A stretch of DNA of 63,401 nucleotides, the filler included, from Octopus bimaculoides (taxonomy: Eukaryota): the NCBI RefSeq assembly GCF_001194135.2. It is 7 parts of 7 records of this genome, joined end to end, with 100 filler letters (N's around TTAATTAATTAA, not from the genome) between each part and the next. Parts side by side here need not be neighbours in the genome. Positions count along the whole stretch, not along the records: positions 33,126 to 52,920 come from NC_068990.1; positions 53,021 to 60,102 come from NC_069007.1; positions 60,203 to 62,264 come from NW_026435848.1; positions 62,365 to 63,401 come from NW_026403521.1; 3 more parts are not named here. The stretch is one strand, 5' to 3'. Positions 50,950-63,401 of the stretch are shown piece by piece. The notes under the pieces were generated by a model, which worked only from the letters and a program-made list of their open reading frames with translations, was not told the DNA's origin and made no database searches. Made by a program: the position numbers and the translations under genes. Within the stretch, counting starts at the first letter, position 1. The number at the start of each line of letters is the position of its first letter.

Positions 50950-51305
50950 GCTTACTTGATTTAATCATTGGACTGCAACTATGCTGGGATACCTTGCTCA
51001 AAGGTTTTTAGTCAAACAACTGGACCCCACTATTTATTTTTTAAAAGTCAGTAAGTATTCTATTGGTTTCTATTGCTGAACTGCTAGGTGACGCAAACAA
51101 AATCAACACCGGCTGTCAAGCGAGGAGGAGGAATAAACACACACATATGACGGGCTTCCACACAGTTTCCGTCTACCAAATTCACTCACAAGGCCTTGGT
51201 CGGCCCAGGGCTACAGTAGAAGAAACTTGCTCAAAGTGTCACGCAGTGGGACTAAACTTGAAACCTCGTGGTTGCAAAGCGAGCTTCTTTATCACTCAGC
51301 CAAGA
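50950..51305 (-). mobile_element. CORE-SINE-like family B copy
   Basis: cagtttccgtctaccaaattcactcacaaggccttggtcggcccagggctacagtagaagaaacttgctcaaagtgtcacgcagtggg. Confidence 0.85.
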
Positions 51306-52304
51306 TTTTCATGTTGCTGTTGCTGTTGCTATTTTGGTTGTTGTTTCTACTGCTGCTGCTACTGTTTAGCCAACACCTCTGGTCAGACATGCCGACAACC
51401 ATAATACATTACAACTATGGTCCTCTTTCTTTCACGGACATCCATGTGCTGGGTTATGTTCTTCGAGTTTTTAAGACGGTAGGCTGTGCTTTTAGAGATG
51501 TGACTGCTATTTCTAACGATATGGGTGACTACAAAGAGGTTCTTGACTCATGAGAATAATTATGATATTGGTGGTTGTAGTGGTTATGGTGGTGTTTGTG
51601 CTGGTAATGATAACTTGGTAATTGTACTTGATAACTTGATGATTATGACTATCATCATGATCAGGCAACGATATCTGTCAACTTGATGTTTGAAATTCAT
51701 GTTGCTTTACATCTTTGTAAATCCTATACTGAATAGATTAATCCCTGATATACCGCCAGTTCATTGAACATTAACTTGAGCAAAATCTGACTAGGCTGTT
51801 TCACTTCTGTCAAATGTACTTTAGATGAATCTAGAATCTTTAGTTGCAATGGCTAAGCATCGTTTCATTAACTCTCTTGAACATAAACTAATGAGAGAAA
51901 CAAATGAAGGTAGTTTGAGTACTAAAAGTAGTACTCAAATATCCCAAAAATCGCATACAGCGTTCAAACGTCACTTTGGATAATCTAATCCTAAATCAAC
52001 TACATATGGGGAAAAAAAACATGGGTTGGTCGTGGAACACCTTTGCTCATCGGTCTGCTTAATTAGAATTCATATGGGACAAATATTGACAAAAAGCTGT
52101 TGAGCTGAAAAAATAAGAGTCAACTGTGTTTGAAATCAGAATATTAGACGGGTGACAGGAGGAAAGACCCAGATTAAAACTCTGAGACAATATTAATTAT
52201 TTGGATCATTAAGTTTGGATCATCGTTCATACCATTTGATTTTCATGCAGAGCATATCAAGAAGTATACATATCGCCTAGTTTGTGTGTGTGTAAGTGTC
52301 AGTC

Positions 52305-52510
52305 TTTTACTTGTTTCAGCCATTTGATTGCAGCCATACTGGAGCACCGCCTTAAGGGGTCTTAGTCGAAAAAATCGACCCCAGAATTTATTCTTTGTAA
52401 GCCTAGTACTTATCCAATCGGTTTCTTTTGGAGATAGGCAAAGCTACGGAGACATAACCACATCACCATCGGTTGTCAAGCGATGGCAGGGGGGAACAAA
52501 CACAGAAATG
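52305..52510 (-). mobile_element. Family B SINE, 3' half
   Basis: ttttacttgtttcagccatttgattgcagccatactggagcaccgcc...ccatcggttgtcaagcgatgg. Confidence 0.85.
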
Positions 52511-52559
52511 CAAATACCTATATATATATACATATATATATATATACATATGCATATAT

Positions 52560-52865
52560 GGGTACAGAACGTCATAAAACGTAAATAACATGAAATACGA
52601 AATACGAAAACATGGAATACGAACTTTTTTTGTGAACAACGAAAAAAACAAATGGAAAACAAGACAAGTAACATAAAGAACAACCCATCATCAGTTGGCC
52701 ATTTTATCTACTCCACTGCTCGAAATGTAGAGTAGATAAAACAGCCGACAACTCATGAGGGGTCGTTCATTATGTTAATTGTCTTGTTTTCTATTTGTTT
52801 CTTTCGTTGTTCGCAAAAAAATAGCTCGTATTACATGTTGTTTAATTTTTTGACGTCCTGCACCC
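52560..52865. repeat. Palindromic foldback/MITE of about 306 bp in (TA)-rich flanks
   Basis: Termini gggtacagaacgtca and tgacgtcctgcaccc. The arms align over about 140-150 bp around the centre ttttatctactc-cactgctcgaaatgta-gagtagataaaa. Confidence 0.88.
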
Positions 52866-53020
52866 ATATATACATATGAATATACATATATATGTATGTA
52901 CATATATGTATATACGCATANNNNNNNNNNNNNNNNNNNNNNNNNNNNNNNNNNNNNNNNNNNNTTAATTAATTAANNNNNNNNNNNNNNNNNNNNNNNN
53001 NNNNNNNNNNNNNNNNNNNN

Positions 53021-53694
53021 GAACGCATCGAGATTTGAAAAATCTTGGTGATATTCAAACTCAAACAATCTAGAAGATTCAGCAGACCTTTGGCGATAAT
53101 GCCATGGATAAAACTCAGATCAAGGAATGGTACAACCGCTTCAAACATAGCCATGCCTCAGTGTAGAGCGAGGCACGCTCAGGCAGACAATCTACAAGCC
53201 GAAACAAGGACCCGATGGAGAAGCTCTGGCAAATAGTCATGGAAGACCATCTTGTAACAATCCACGAAATTGCTCATGAAGTGGGAATAAGCACAAGATC
53301 AGTGTGTTTCCTTTAAACGGAGGAATTGTACTTCCGGTGAGTGTTGGCGAAATTCGTTTCTAAGGTGTTGGTGCAGCAGGGGAAGCAACTCCGCATAGAA
53401 ATTGCGCAGGTCATGATGGACTGTATAAACCACGACCCAGACTTCCTGATGACCATCACCACTGGTGAAGAGACATGGGTTTATAGTCTCTGCTCGATGC
53501 ATTCTGTCGTCTTGCGTCAAAACTCTGACGAGCGTGCACCATACGTTTGTTCTTTAGGCGTAACCGCCCGGAACTGATGCGGCTTCCGGCATGAAAGTTT
53601 TCACGTCTGCGTAGGAGGATGTCACCCCCTCCTAAAGGAGGGACTACCTTTTTTTGGAGAATAATAAAGTTAGATACTTTTTGAACGCACCTCG
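53021..53694 (+). mobile_element. mariner transposon fragment (irritans-like), with 3' TIR
   Basis: QQTFGDNAM..QIKEWYNRFK..RSGR, AKFVSKVL and TGEETWVYS; ends gatactttttgaacgcacctcg|TA. Confidence 0.85.
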
Positions 53695-54363
53695 TATACA
53701 TGTATGTATTTATATACATGTGTGTGAGTGTGTGTATGTATATATATATGTTTGTACGTATGGGGAGTGTATCATGCCAGAGCAAACTAAATGTCTTGAT
53801 AATGATTCAGCGGAATATGTGCGCGTGTGTTTGAGGGGGTGTGTGTGTGTACGTGCAAGAATGTTTATATAAATAAGTATTTAAGGACTATAAAGGCGAG
53901 CAAGCGAGAGGTGGTTGGTACCAGACGCAGAAAGCTTACGCTTGGCTGAAAGTATGTTAAGTGTGATAAGAAATAACAGACAGAAGGAAATTGGTAAGGT
54001 GAAATGGCTTGGAAAGAGTAAATGTGTTAGTGAGATTAAGTCAGAAAGCTAATATAAATGGTGGAGGGAGGACGAGAGTAGATAGTTTGATGCGAGATTT
54101 GGAGACGTGATTGATACGGATATTGTGATAGGTTTGTATTCTGCAACAAGGTTAAACAATATAAACAGTAGATTTATCAGTGTATGTTTGTGAGTGTATG
54201 AATCCATCAATCCATCTATCCATCCATCGATCGGTACGTACATATATGTGGATATACATACATACATACATAGAAACATACATACGTACGTACGTACACA
54301 TATAGCATAGACACTCACAGACATACATACATACACACGCATATATATATATATACATATATG

Positions 54364-54417
<54 letters not shown>

Positions 54418-55268
54418 TGTGTGTTTTATTTATGCGCCCTTTTAAAGCCTAGCCTTGCTCACGGTCCTGGTTTCCCGGTTTCTATGGCGTATGTGTTCCN
54501 NNNNNNNNNNNNNNNNNNNNNNNNNNNNNNNNNNNNNNNNNNNNNNNNNNNNNNNNNNNNNNNNNNNNNNNNNNNNNNNNNNNNNNNNNNNNNNNNNNNN
54601 NNNNNNNNNNNNNNNNNNNNNNNNNNNNNNNNNNNNNNNNNNNNNNNNNNNNNNNNNNNNNNNNNNNNNNNNNNNNNNNNNNNNNNNNNNNNNNNNNNNN
54701 NNNNNNNNNNNNNNNNNNNNNNNNNNNNNNNNNNNNNNNNNNNNNNNNNNNNNNNNNNNNNNNNNNNNNNNNNNNNNNNNNNNNNNNNNNNNNNNNNNNN
54801 NNNNNNNNNNNNNNNNNNNNNNNNNNNNNNNNNNNNNNNNNNNNNNNNNNNNNNNNNNNNNNNNNNNNNNNNNNNNNNNNNNNNNNNNNNNNNNNNNNNN
54901 NNNNNNNNNNNNNNNNNNNNNNNNNNNNNNNNNNNNNNNNNNNNNNNNNNNNNNNNNNNNNNNNNNNNNNNNNNNNNNNNNNNNNNNNNNNNNNNNNNNN
55001 NNNNNNNNNNNNNNNNNNNNNNNNNNNNNNNNNNNNNNNNNNNNNNNNNNNNNNNNNNNNNNNNNNNNNNNNNNNNNNNNNNNNNNNNNNNNNNNNNNNN
55101 NNNNNNNNNNNNNNNNNNNNNNNNNNNNNNNNNNNNNNNNNNNNNNNNNNNNNNNNNNNNNNNNNNNNNNNNNNNNNNNNNNNNNNNNNNNNNNNNNNNN
55201 NNNNNNNNNNNNNNNNNNNNNNNNNNNNNNNNNNNNNNNNNNNNNNNNNNNNNNNNNNNNNNNNNNNN

Positions 55269-55313
<45 letters not shown>

Positions 55314-55728
55314 ATATATATATATATATACATATATATTTTTCGACTCAAAAATTCTCTAAGGTGGTACTCCAGCATGGCAACAAGTAAAAAATAAAAA
55401 GTGTCACGTGCCCCCTCCCCCCGCACATACATATAGATACATATATACGTGTGTGTTTATTAACAATTAGCAACAGAAACTGTCTTTGTAGCCAATATTT
55501 TATTTGAACAGTTAAGTTGCTTATGACGACATAGGTTGCTGCGAACATCCCGAAAAGTCCCTTCGTGCGGACGACAAATGGTAAAAAATCACTGGAATTC
55601 TAACGGTTGACTAAATTTCGACAGCACCAGCAGATTGCACTAATGTCACATGTGGTTTCGCTGTCACAGTAGGAAACTTAGCACCGAAAGCTAGACTAAA
55701 GTATAAGTCAAAGCTGTATAAAGATATA

Positions 55729-56350
55729 CTAGCTGTCGCACCCGGTAATTCCCAGGAAAACGGGGCTTATCCCTTGGTTCCGTTCTCATAATTGTTTCGC
55801 TAATCCAATAACAACAATACAAAGTATGTGGCCCTTAAAAGAGTTTTTGTGCATTAACAGAGAATACCGAACTGTCTTACGCAGGATCTTTTGTTTTGGT
55901 GGGGTGGGGGGAATTACCATTAAGTTATGAATACTCAAATTGTGAAGTCAGTTATGTAATAACATGAAATTAGTTACCCGATAGTAAAAATTCAAAAACA
56001 ATTTACTAAACATACTTCAAAAGCAATAGCAAATATCCTAAGATTAGAATGAAATACTAATTAAATTTATCATTAAAATTATAAACACAGGTATATTAAC
56101 TCCAAGTGGGTGAAAAAATATTATTACAATAAACAGGCTGTGCTTATATTACATCACCCTCAAAATAGATATTCCTATCAATAAAATCTAATAATTGAAA
56201 AGTTATAGTCAAATGATATATTAACTCTAAGTGGGTGCAACCATACAATTTAAATCAACGAGCAGTACATACCGCTCTGCATAGTGCAACAAATTTATAC
56301 AAATATCTCCTGGTAAGCCCAACTAACATAGTTCCACAAACAGACACATA
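55729..56350 (-). mobile_element. Possible non-autonomous Helitron-like element, 3' end at CTAG
   Basis: The minus strand ends ..ccgggtgcgacagCTAG|t. An internal repeat tattaact(c/t)(c/t)aagtgggtg occurs at about 56095 and 56220. The far boundary is uncertain. Confidence 0.35.
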
Positions 56351-56982
56351 CAATGTAAGGTGGGGGAGGGTGGACAATAAAATAAAGAAAAAAATAACAT
56401 TAAAAAAAAAATGAAAAGGATGAATAAATCAAACATGGGAGAAATATTGTTCGCATATATGAAGGGCTAATAAAGTACATTAAAACGGGGGGAAGGCAGT
56501 GAGTGGAGGAAAGAACAATTAGTTAGCAGTGAAATAAATCCAAATTTGTTTAAACATCTTGCCACCACCCTTCAAATTGCATCTAGCCGTTAATAAATTG
56601 TAGTATTCCCTAGACCATTACTAGCTCACTCTTTTACCTACGGACCTTGTAGCCCCAAGATGGTAAATTGTATGCTTTTAACATATAGGGCTTCTAGACT
56701 TTTTGTCTAGGTCATGTTTTCTTTCCTTTTCCTTCTTCCCTTTGTTTATATCGTATGCTCTTGTTGAAGCTCCGTTGCATTAATTCGAATGTGCTATGAA
56801 GATGAAGAACTTTATTCTCACATTTATTTAGACAGAATTTTGGCAACGGATCGGAAACGGCCGTAAGTTATTTGCTATATCATGCTTTGCATTAACATAT
56901 AAGCTATAAATGTGGTCCAGTCGAAGTTTGTTAATCTGAGGTTTCCTCCATTTTCTGATTACTTGCATTATATATGTATGTA

Positions 56983-57027
<45 letters not shown>

Positions 57028-57276
57028 NNNNNNNNNNNNNNNNNNNNNNNNNNNNNNNNNNNNNNNNNNNNNNNNNNNNNNNNNNNNNNNNNNNNNNNNN
57101 NNNNNNNNNNNNNNNNNNNNNNNNNNNNNNNNNNNNNNNNNNNNNNNNNNNNNNNNNNNNNNNNNNNNNNNNNNNNNNNNNNNNNNNNNNNNNNNNNNNN
57201 NNNNNNNNNNNNNNNNNNNNNNNNNNNNNNNNNNNNNNNNNNNNNNNNNNNNNNNNNNNNNNNNNNNNNNNNNNNN

Positions 57277-57311
<35 letters not shown>

Positions 57312-57369
57312 TATATAAGTATATATATGTGTGTATGTGTGTGTGTGTGTGTTAACAAAGAAAGTTAAG

Positions 57370-57680
57370 CAACTTGAGTTCATATTCTCTACCTGGTCGT
57401 TAATCTTGCCTTCTTTGACTATTGAATATGACCACTTATTCTTACTGAACGCCATTCCTATATTCCTATATTCTGTGAGAATGTGGTGTACAACTCTGTC
57501 TCTTGGCGTGATAGCTGTTACTTGAGTACAATTTGAGGTCTTCGACAAAAAAGGCGTGACTGACGTTTATTTTTCTGTCCCCTTTTCTAAGGTATCCAAG
57601 TTCAGCGAGATGAAAGATACGGATTGAAGCTATTCTGAGAATCCATAGAATCCACGAAACATCACCCAAGGCCAAAATGG
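57370..57680 (-). mobile_element. R4/Dong-like RT fragment
   Basis: LGY..KGDRKINVSHAFFVEDLKLY (compare ITHLFFVDDLKLY), then NIGMAFSKNKWSY (compare DIGM.FG..KC). Confidence 0.6.
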
Positions 57681-58153
57681 CGGCGGTTAAGTTCCTAAAC
57701 TGAATGATGGATTCAACCTAACACCCAACCTCAAAGTAACATACAAATCCTTGAAGAAATCCATAATTTATTCGATGGCCGTACCACTAGCATGGCTGTA
57801 ATCCAATGTTTGAGACTAGTTAAAGAATAATCTAATCAAAAAATAAAAGACTAATTGGTCTTATGTGTTTTTGATTGTAAATACATGTGTGGATGGATGA
57901 GTCATAAGTTTTCGTTTTCCTCTTTTAATGCGGATTACGTAATTTTCCTTTGATATATTGATTATCTTCGAGCAAGGATAATTAAATATTCTTAATTAGA
58001 TTCTAATTATTTATAGGGATTATGGTATATATTTCGTAATTTCCTTTTCTTCTACACACACACACGTGCAAGCACGCATATGCACACGCACGCACGCACG
58101 CACACACACAAACATACACAGATATACATACATATACACATATATAAAAAGAT

Positions 58154-58191
<38 letters not shown>

Positions 58192-59089
58192 GTATATATG
58201 TGTACGTGTATATGTATAAACGTAGACATATATATATAATCTATATATATATATAATATGCATATATATAAATAATATATATATGGTAATATATATATGG
58301 AGATGTATATATATATATATATACACACACATATATATATATACACACACATATATATATATACACACACATATATATATATACATACATATGTATATAT
58401 AGATATCTGTCTATGTGTGTGGGTGGGTGTCTGTGTCTGTGTGTAGGATGTATAGATATTTGGATATATATATATATATATATCCCTCAGATCTCTCTCA
58501 CTCTCTACCCAGTTCGCATCTCTCTCAATATTTTCTCTATCTCTCTATCTCTCTCTCCTTCTCTGTCTCCCTCTATCTCCCTCTCTCTTTCTCTATCTCT
58601 CTCTCCCAGTCTCTCTCTTCCTCTCTCTCCCCCTCTCTCCGTCTCTCTCCCTCTGGTACCCCATTCACCACCTGACGGGCTGCAGTATGCCTTTTCTGAT
58701 GTTGAGAAAGTTCCGTATCTCTTGAGATTCTCACCTTCGGTTTTCTGCACTCTTCCTTGCTTTATAGGTGTTTCTGGAGAGATTACGTTTCACCCTTGGT
58801 GGCATGTTTTTTTTTTTTTCAATATTCTAAACAAAAAATTATGTACATAGGAAAAACTATACATTAATATCTATTTTTGTAAGCAGTTGTATGTATCTAG
58901 TATGTCAATATTTTAGTATAAAGTGTAAAGTAACCAAATATAAGCAGCCTTGCAACTGTTATAACAATTATGAAATATCAATGGAACGGTAAATGTGTAT
59001 ATAACTTGGACCTTTCATGTAATTGTTTTTGTCAAGAGTTTGTGTAGATGTGTGTGTTTAATAACGTCATGCGTCTTCATTAGCTGCTA

Positions 59090-59127
<38 letters not shown>

Positions 59128-59132
59128 AAAAA

Positions 59133-59345
59133 ATAATAAGGTACTCAGATATCTGGATGGTTGTACATTTACAGATTTTTATTAATATGTCACATGTTTT
59201 ATAGATAGTGGCGCTTGCACCTATTCTTGTAGTTTCTTCAGATATCCCTACAAGAATAGGTGCAAGCGCTAATATTTATAAAACACGTGACATTAATAAA
59301 AATCTGTAAATGTACAACCATCCAGATATCTGAGTACCTTATTAT
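59133..59345. repeat. Near-perfect 213-bp hairpin element between (TA)n tracts
   Basis: ataataaggtactcagatatctggatggttgtacatttacagatttttattaat...gcgcttgcacctattcttgtag, a 15-nt loop, then the reverse complement with few mismatches. Confidence 0.93.
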
Positions 59346-59409
59346 CTTTTATAATATATAATTCCTGTACATCACCTCCAAACCTTCCAATATATATATA
59401 TATATATAT

Positions 59410-59470
<61 letters not shown>

Positions 59471-60059
59471 GATAGATAGATATTTATATATATATTATAC
59501 ATATATGTAAAAAAAATATTTTATACATGTATATATACATATATATATATAAATAGATATACATATTTACATATAAATAGGTATATGTATTTATATATCT
59601 ATACATAACATATACACACACATAAATATATACATACATGCATACATACATACATGCATGCATATATACATACATGCATGCATACATACATACATACATA
59701 CATACATACATACATACATACATACATACACTCTTTTGATAGGACGTGCGGCAATACTAAATTTTCTTTCACCTTTTGGGCGAATATATGTGCTATGATT
59801 AAAATTGAATCAGTTTGATTATGGCGCAAAAGTTCCCTGGAAGACATCAAATATTAAAACCAATATCAGCACCGACTGACTCTATAAGAGGTTGAATATA
59901 GTCCTACTTTACGGAAGAACTTAAAAGAATGCCGTTGATTACGAATATTGACAGAACATCCACGTAGTCTTAATAGCAACGAAAGAATTATGAGTCTTTT
60001 TTTTATTTAGCATTCATATAATCATACTCCTCTCTACGATACTAAACACACATACAAGA

Positions 60060-60101
<42 letters not shown>

Positions 60102-60204
60102 GNNNNNNNNNNNNNNNNNNNNNNNNNNNNNNNNNNNNNNNNNNNNTTAATTAATTAANNNNNNNNNNNNNNNNNNNNNNNNNNNNNNNNNNNNNNNNNN
60201 NNTA

Positions 60205-60237
<33 letters not shown>

Positions 60238-60331
60238 GTGTGTGTGTATATAGATATGTATATATACATATATGTATATATATATGTATGTAGATATGTA
60301 TATATGCATATATATATATATNNNNNNNNNN

Positions 60332-60369
<38 letters not shown>

Positions 60370-60494
60370 CTATATAAATATATATGTATATAAATATGTA
60401 TATATACATATATGTATATGTATATAGATATGTATATATACATATGTATATATACATATGTATATATACGTATATGTGTATATATGTATACTGT

Positions 60495-60819
60495 CATCAA
60501 CATCCTCGTTTAACGCCTGTTTTCCATGCTTGCATGTGTTAGTGGGTTCGACTTGGGTCTGGGAAGCCGGGAGGCTGCACCAGGCCCCAATATAATCTGG
60601 CAGTGTTCCTACATCTCGATGCCCTTTCTGACGCGAACCACTCCGAGAATGTAGTGGGTGCTCTTTAAGTGCTTTTGGCATAGAGGCCAGAGAAGCTGAC
60701 ATTGACCATGATAGGATGGTGCTTTTTATGTGCCAATGGCACGAAAGTCAGTCAAAGAGGCACTGGCATTGACTACACTCGGATGGTTCTGTTTACGTGC
60801 CACTGGCACAGGGTCATGT
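60495..60819 (-). mobile_element. Family D SINE-like element with a satellite-like extension running into a gap
   Basis: cgtttaacgcctgttttccatgcttgcatg..gatgccctttctgacgcgaacc; the following tttatgtgccaatggcac and tttacgtgccactggcac resemble the 115-bp unit at 25458. Confidence 0.65.
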
Positions 60820-61874
60820 NNNNNNNNNNNNNNNNNNNNNNNNNNNNNNNNNNNNNNNNNNNNNNNNNNNNNNNNNNNNNNNNNNNNNNNNNNNNNNNNN
60901 NNNNNNNNNNNNNNNNNNNNNNNNNNNNNNNNNNNNNNNNNNNNNNNNNNNNNNNNNNNNNNNNNNNNNNNNNNNNNNNNNNNNNNNNNNNNNNNNNNNN
61001 NNNNNNNNNNNNNNNNNNNNNNNNNNNNNNNNNNNNNNNNNNNNNNNNNNNNNNNNNNNNNNNNNNNNNNNNNNNNNNNNNNNNNNNNNNNNNNNNNNNN
61101 NNNNNNNNNNNNNNNNNNNNNNNNNNNNNNNNNNNNNNNNNNNNNNNNNNNNNNNNNNNNNNNNNNNNNNNNNNNNNNNNNNNNNNNNNNNNNNNNNNNN
61201 NNNNNNNNNNNNNNNNNNNNNNNNNNNNNNNNNNNNNNNNNNNNNNNNNNNNNNNNNNNNNNNNNNNNNNNNNNNNNNNNNNNNNNNNNNNNNNNNNNNN
61301 NNNNNNNNNNNNNNNNNNNNNNNNNNNNNNNNNNNNNNNNNNNNNNNNNNNNNNNNNNNNNNNNNNNNNNNNNNNNNNNNNNNNNNNNNNNNNNNNNNNN
61401 NNNNNNNNNNNNNNNNNNNNNNNNNNNNNNNNNNNNNNNNNNNNNNNNNNNNNNNNNNNNNNNNNNNNNNNNNNNNNNNNNNNNNNNNNNNNNNNNNNNT
61501 TCATCCGTCTAATTGGCTATACAAATGCTTGTGCAAAACAACTTTTTGCGCTGCCCTGATTATACATAGCAGGGTATTCCCTTTTCGCAGGAGCTAGGAC
61601 GGCAATTTCTGATGAAGCAATTGCTGGTGATCTGTTGTTACACAGTTCTGCCAGAATTCTATCAGATTGGGCAGAAGATGTTGATGCACCATTTTGCATT
61701 ATGTTCAAAGTAGCTTTTGGAATGTGGTGAATTGCTTCAGTCTGTTGCTGTCCTTTTAAACCGGTTGCTTTCTTTCCCCAGCAAGCTCTCTTCTTTAGAG
61801 GCATAATCTATGTACATATTAAACTGAACAACAAGTTATAACAGATGGCAGGGTCGGTAGTTTTCACATTTCGA

Positions 61875-62111
61875 TAATTTTTCAGATTAACACCCGCACG
61901 ATTACCTAACCCTAACCCTAAAACTCTAAACCTAACCCTAATCCTAACCCTAAAGCCTAACCCTAAAACCCTAACCCTGACCCTAAAACCGTAACCGTAA
62001 CACTAACCCTAATCTTAACCCTAACCCTAACCCTAAAACCCTAACCCTGACCCTAAAACCCTAACCCTAGCACTCTAGTGAAAATCGTGCGAGTGTTAAT
62101 CTGAAAAATTA
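61875..62111. repeat. Degenerate (CCCTAA)n array flanked by 29-bp inverted repeats
   Basis: IRs at 61875-61903 and 62083-62111 (one mismatch) enclose about 165 bp of ccctaa/ccctaaaa/ccctga variants. Confidence 0.9.
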
Positions 62112-62387
62112 CCCACATATCTAATGAAGTTCACTGATTTGCAATGTGTTGTCCTGTCTACATAAGTCCCGTAGTTTGTATATTTACAAAACATTGACGG
62201 ACATGTGTTATATAGTAGTGAATGCTTGTGTGTACGTGCGCGTGTATGCGTTTGAGAGAGCGAGNNNNNNNNNNNNNNNNNNNNNNNNNNNNNNNNNNNN
62301 NNNNNNNNTTAATTAATTAANNNNNNNNNNNNNNNNNNNNNNNNNNNNNNNNNNNNNNNNNNNNAATATAAAATAAAATAAAATAAA

Positions 62388-62419
<32 letters not shown>

Positions 62420-62474
62420 GCACATACACACACATACATACATACATATATATATATATTCAAGCAGTAAAACT

Positions 62475-62513
<39 letters not shown>

Positions 62514-62639
62514 TTGTACGAAATAACAGACACCCACAATATGAAAAGACTTAATGAGTCAATCAGATTAGGATTATTTGGTGTTTAATCTCTTCTTAAA
62601 ACATAGCTGCATGGCTGACTCTCGTCTCTACAGAGAAGT

Positions 62640-62900
62640 CTAGTAAATGTGTGGTTGCTGTTACTTGTAAATAACTATAAATACATAGAATGTATCTTGG
62701 AGAAAACATTGCAGAATTCCTTTTGACAACGCGTAAGAATCCACAGACAGCAAATCCGACAAGTCGAACTACGGAAAATTCCACTAAGGAAACATTTGGA
62801 AATATGTAGAGAAGGAAAATTCAAGATCTTCCCCTTTTATAAATGCTCAAGGAACAACTCAGACTTCCGAAAGACAATGAAACTATTGAAACTCACCAAA
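62640..62900 (+). mobile_element. Penelope-like element, GIY-YIG endonuclease C-terminal fragment
   Basis: YLGE.., then RVRIHRQQIRQVELRKIPLRKHLEICREGKFKIFPFYKC, resembling PLE 'YIGQT..HRQQIR..IP.S.H...C...IFPFY'. Confidence 0.65.
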
Positions 62901-63195
62901 ATAAAACGGTTGGAAAAAGAAAAGAGCAGACATTTGGAAATATGAAATATGTAGATTCTGATTCTTTGATTTTAATTGTATTCTATAATTGTGAATGTAT
63001 TCATTTAAGAAAGGTAGATTTTCATTGACATTTAGATTCCCACTGCCCCGCCCCCAGCCACCTTTTTTTATTACACTCGGATCATATCTATGATTTTTTT
63101 AAAGACATTCAGATCTCATATTTATTATTGAGAAATATTTTGGCCGCTAATCTACAAATGTTTTCATTCTCTCTCTGTTTATTTTNNNNNNNNNN

Positions 63196-63345
63196 TCTCT
63201 GTTTATTTTCTTTTATTCCTTTCTGTTGAAGAGCGTAGACTCGAAACGTAAAAGACTTTTTCATTTTCCCGAGCGTCAAACTAATACACTTGCTTTTTGT
63301 CCACACACCTGACTTCGATTTTTGTTTTTCTACAAATTTCAACTA
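63196..63345 (+). mobile_element. Family C repeat, copy 3
   Basis: ctttctgttgaagagcgtagactcgaaacgtaaaagac...cgtcaaactaatacac. Confidence 0.6.
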
Positions 63346-63401
63346 TATATATATATTTAAACACAGACACACACACATATATATGAGTATATATATATAT
63401 A

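Noticed and set aside
50547-51680. Similar (GGT/GAT)-rich blocks at about 50547-50630 and 51573-51680
   Set aside because: The similarity is mostly low-complexity and only a short unique segment is shared.
58650-58800. Possible GIY-YIG-like 'DTELSQH' peptide on the minus strand
   Set aside because: Too short, with no flanking motifs.
61609-61630. CTGATGA-AGC-aatt-GCT hammerhead-like start
   Set aside because: No GAAA follows stem II.

Overview
This is AT-rich eukaryotic, repeat-dominated DNA from a gapped draft scaffold. The SINE families, the microsatellite load and the gap style suggest a cephalopod, probably Octopus (inference). I recognise no intact host protein-coding gene, rRNA or CRISPR array; most long ORFs in the track are artefacts of N runs or microsatellites. 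The window holds decayed retroelements (RTE, CR1/L2-group, L1/Tx1-like, R4/Dong-like and Penelope-like fragments), DNA-transposon relics (mariner, maT-like, pogo/Tigger, Helentron/Helitron-like) and dozens of tRNA-derived SINE copies. The most notable structures are: (1) a 5'-inverted RTE insertion with a candidate 12-bp target-site duplication, i.e. twin-priming geometry; (2) a well-formed minimal hammerhead-ribozyme motif with a palindromic stem III at 12035-12077, plus several degenerate relatives; (3) four unrelated foldback (long inverted repeat) elements, most beside (TA)n tracts; (4) a telomere-like (CCCTAA)n array enclosed by 29-bp inverted repeats; (5) a duplicated CCAAT/NF-Y promoter-like module. 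No complete novel multi-gene system can be supported from this sequence.
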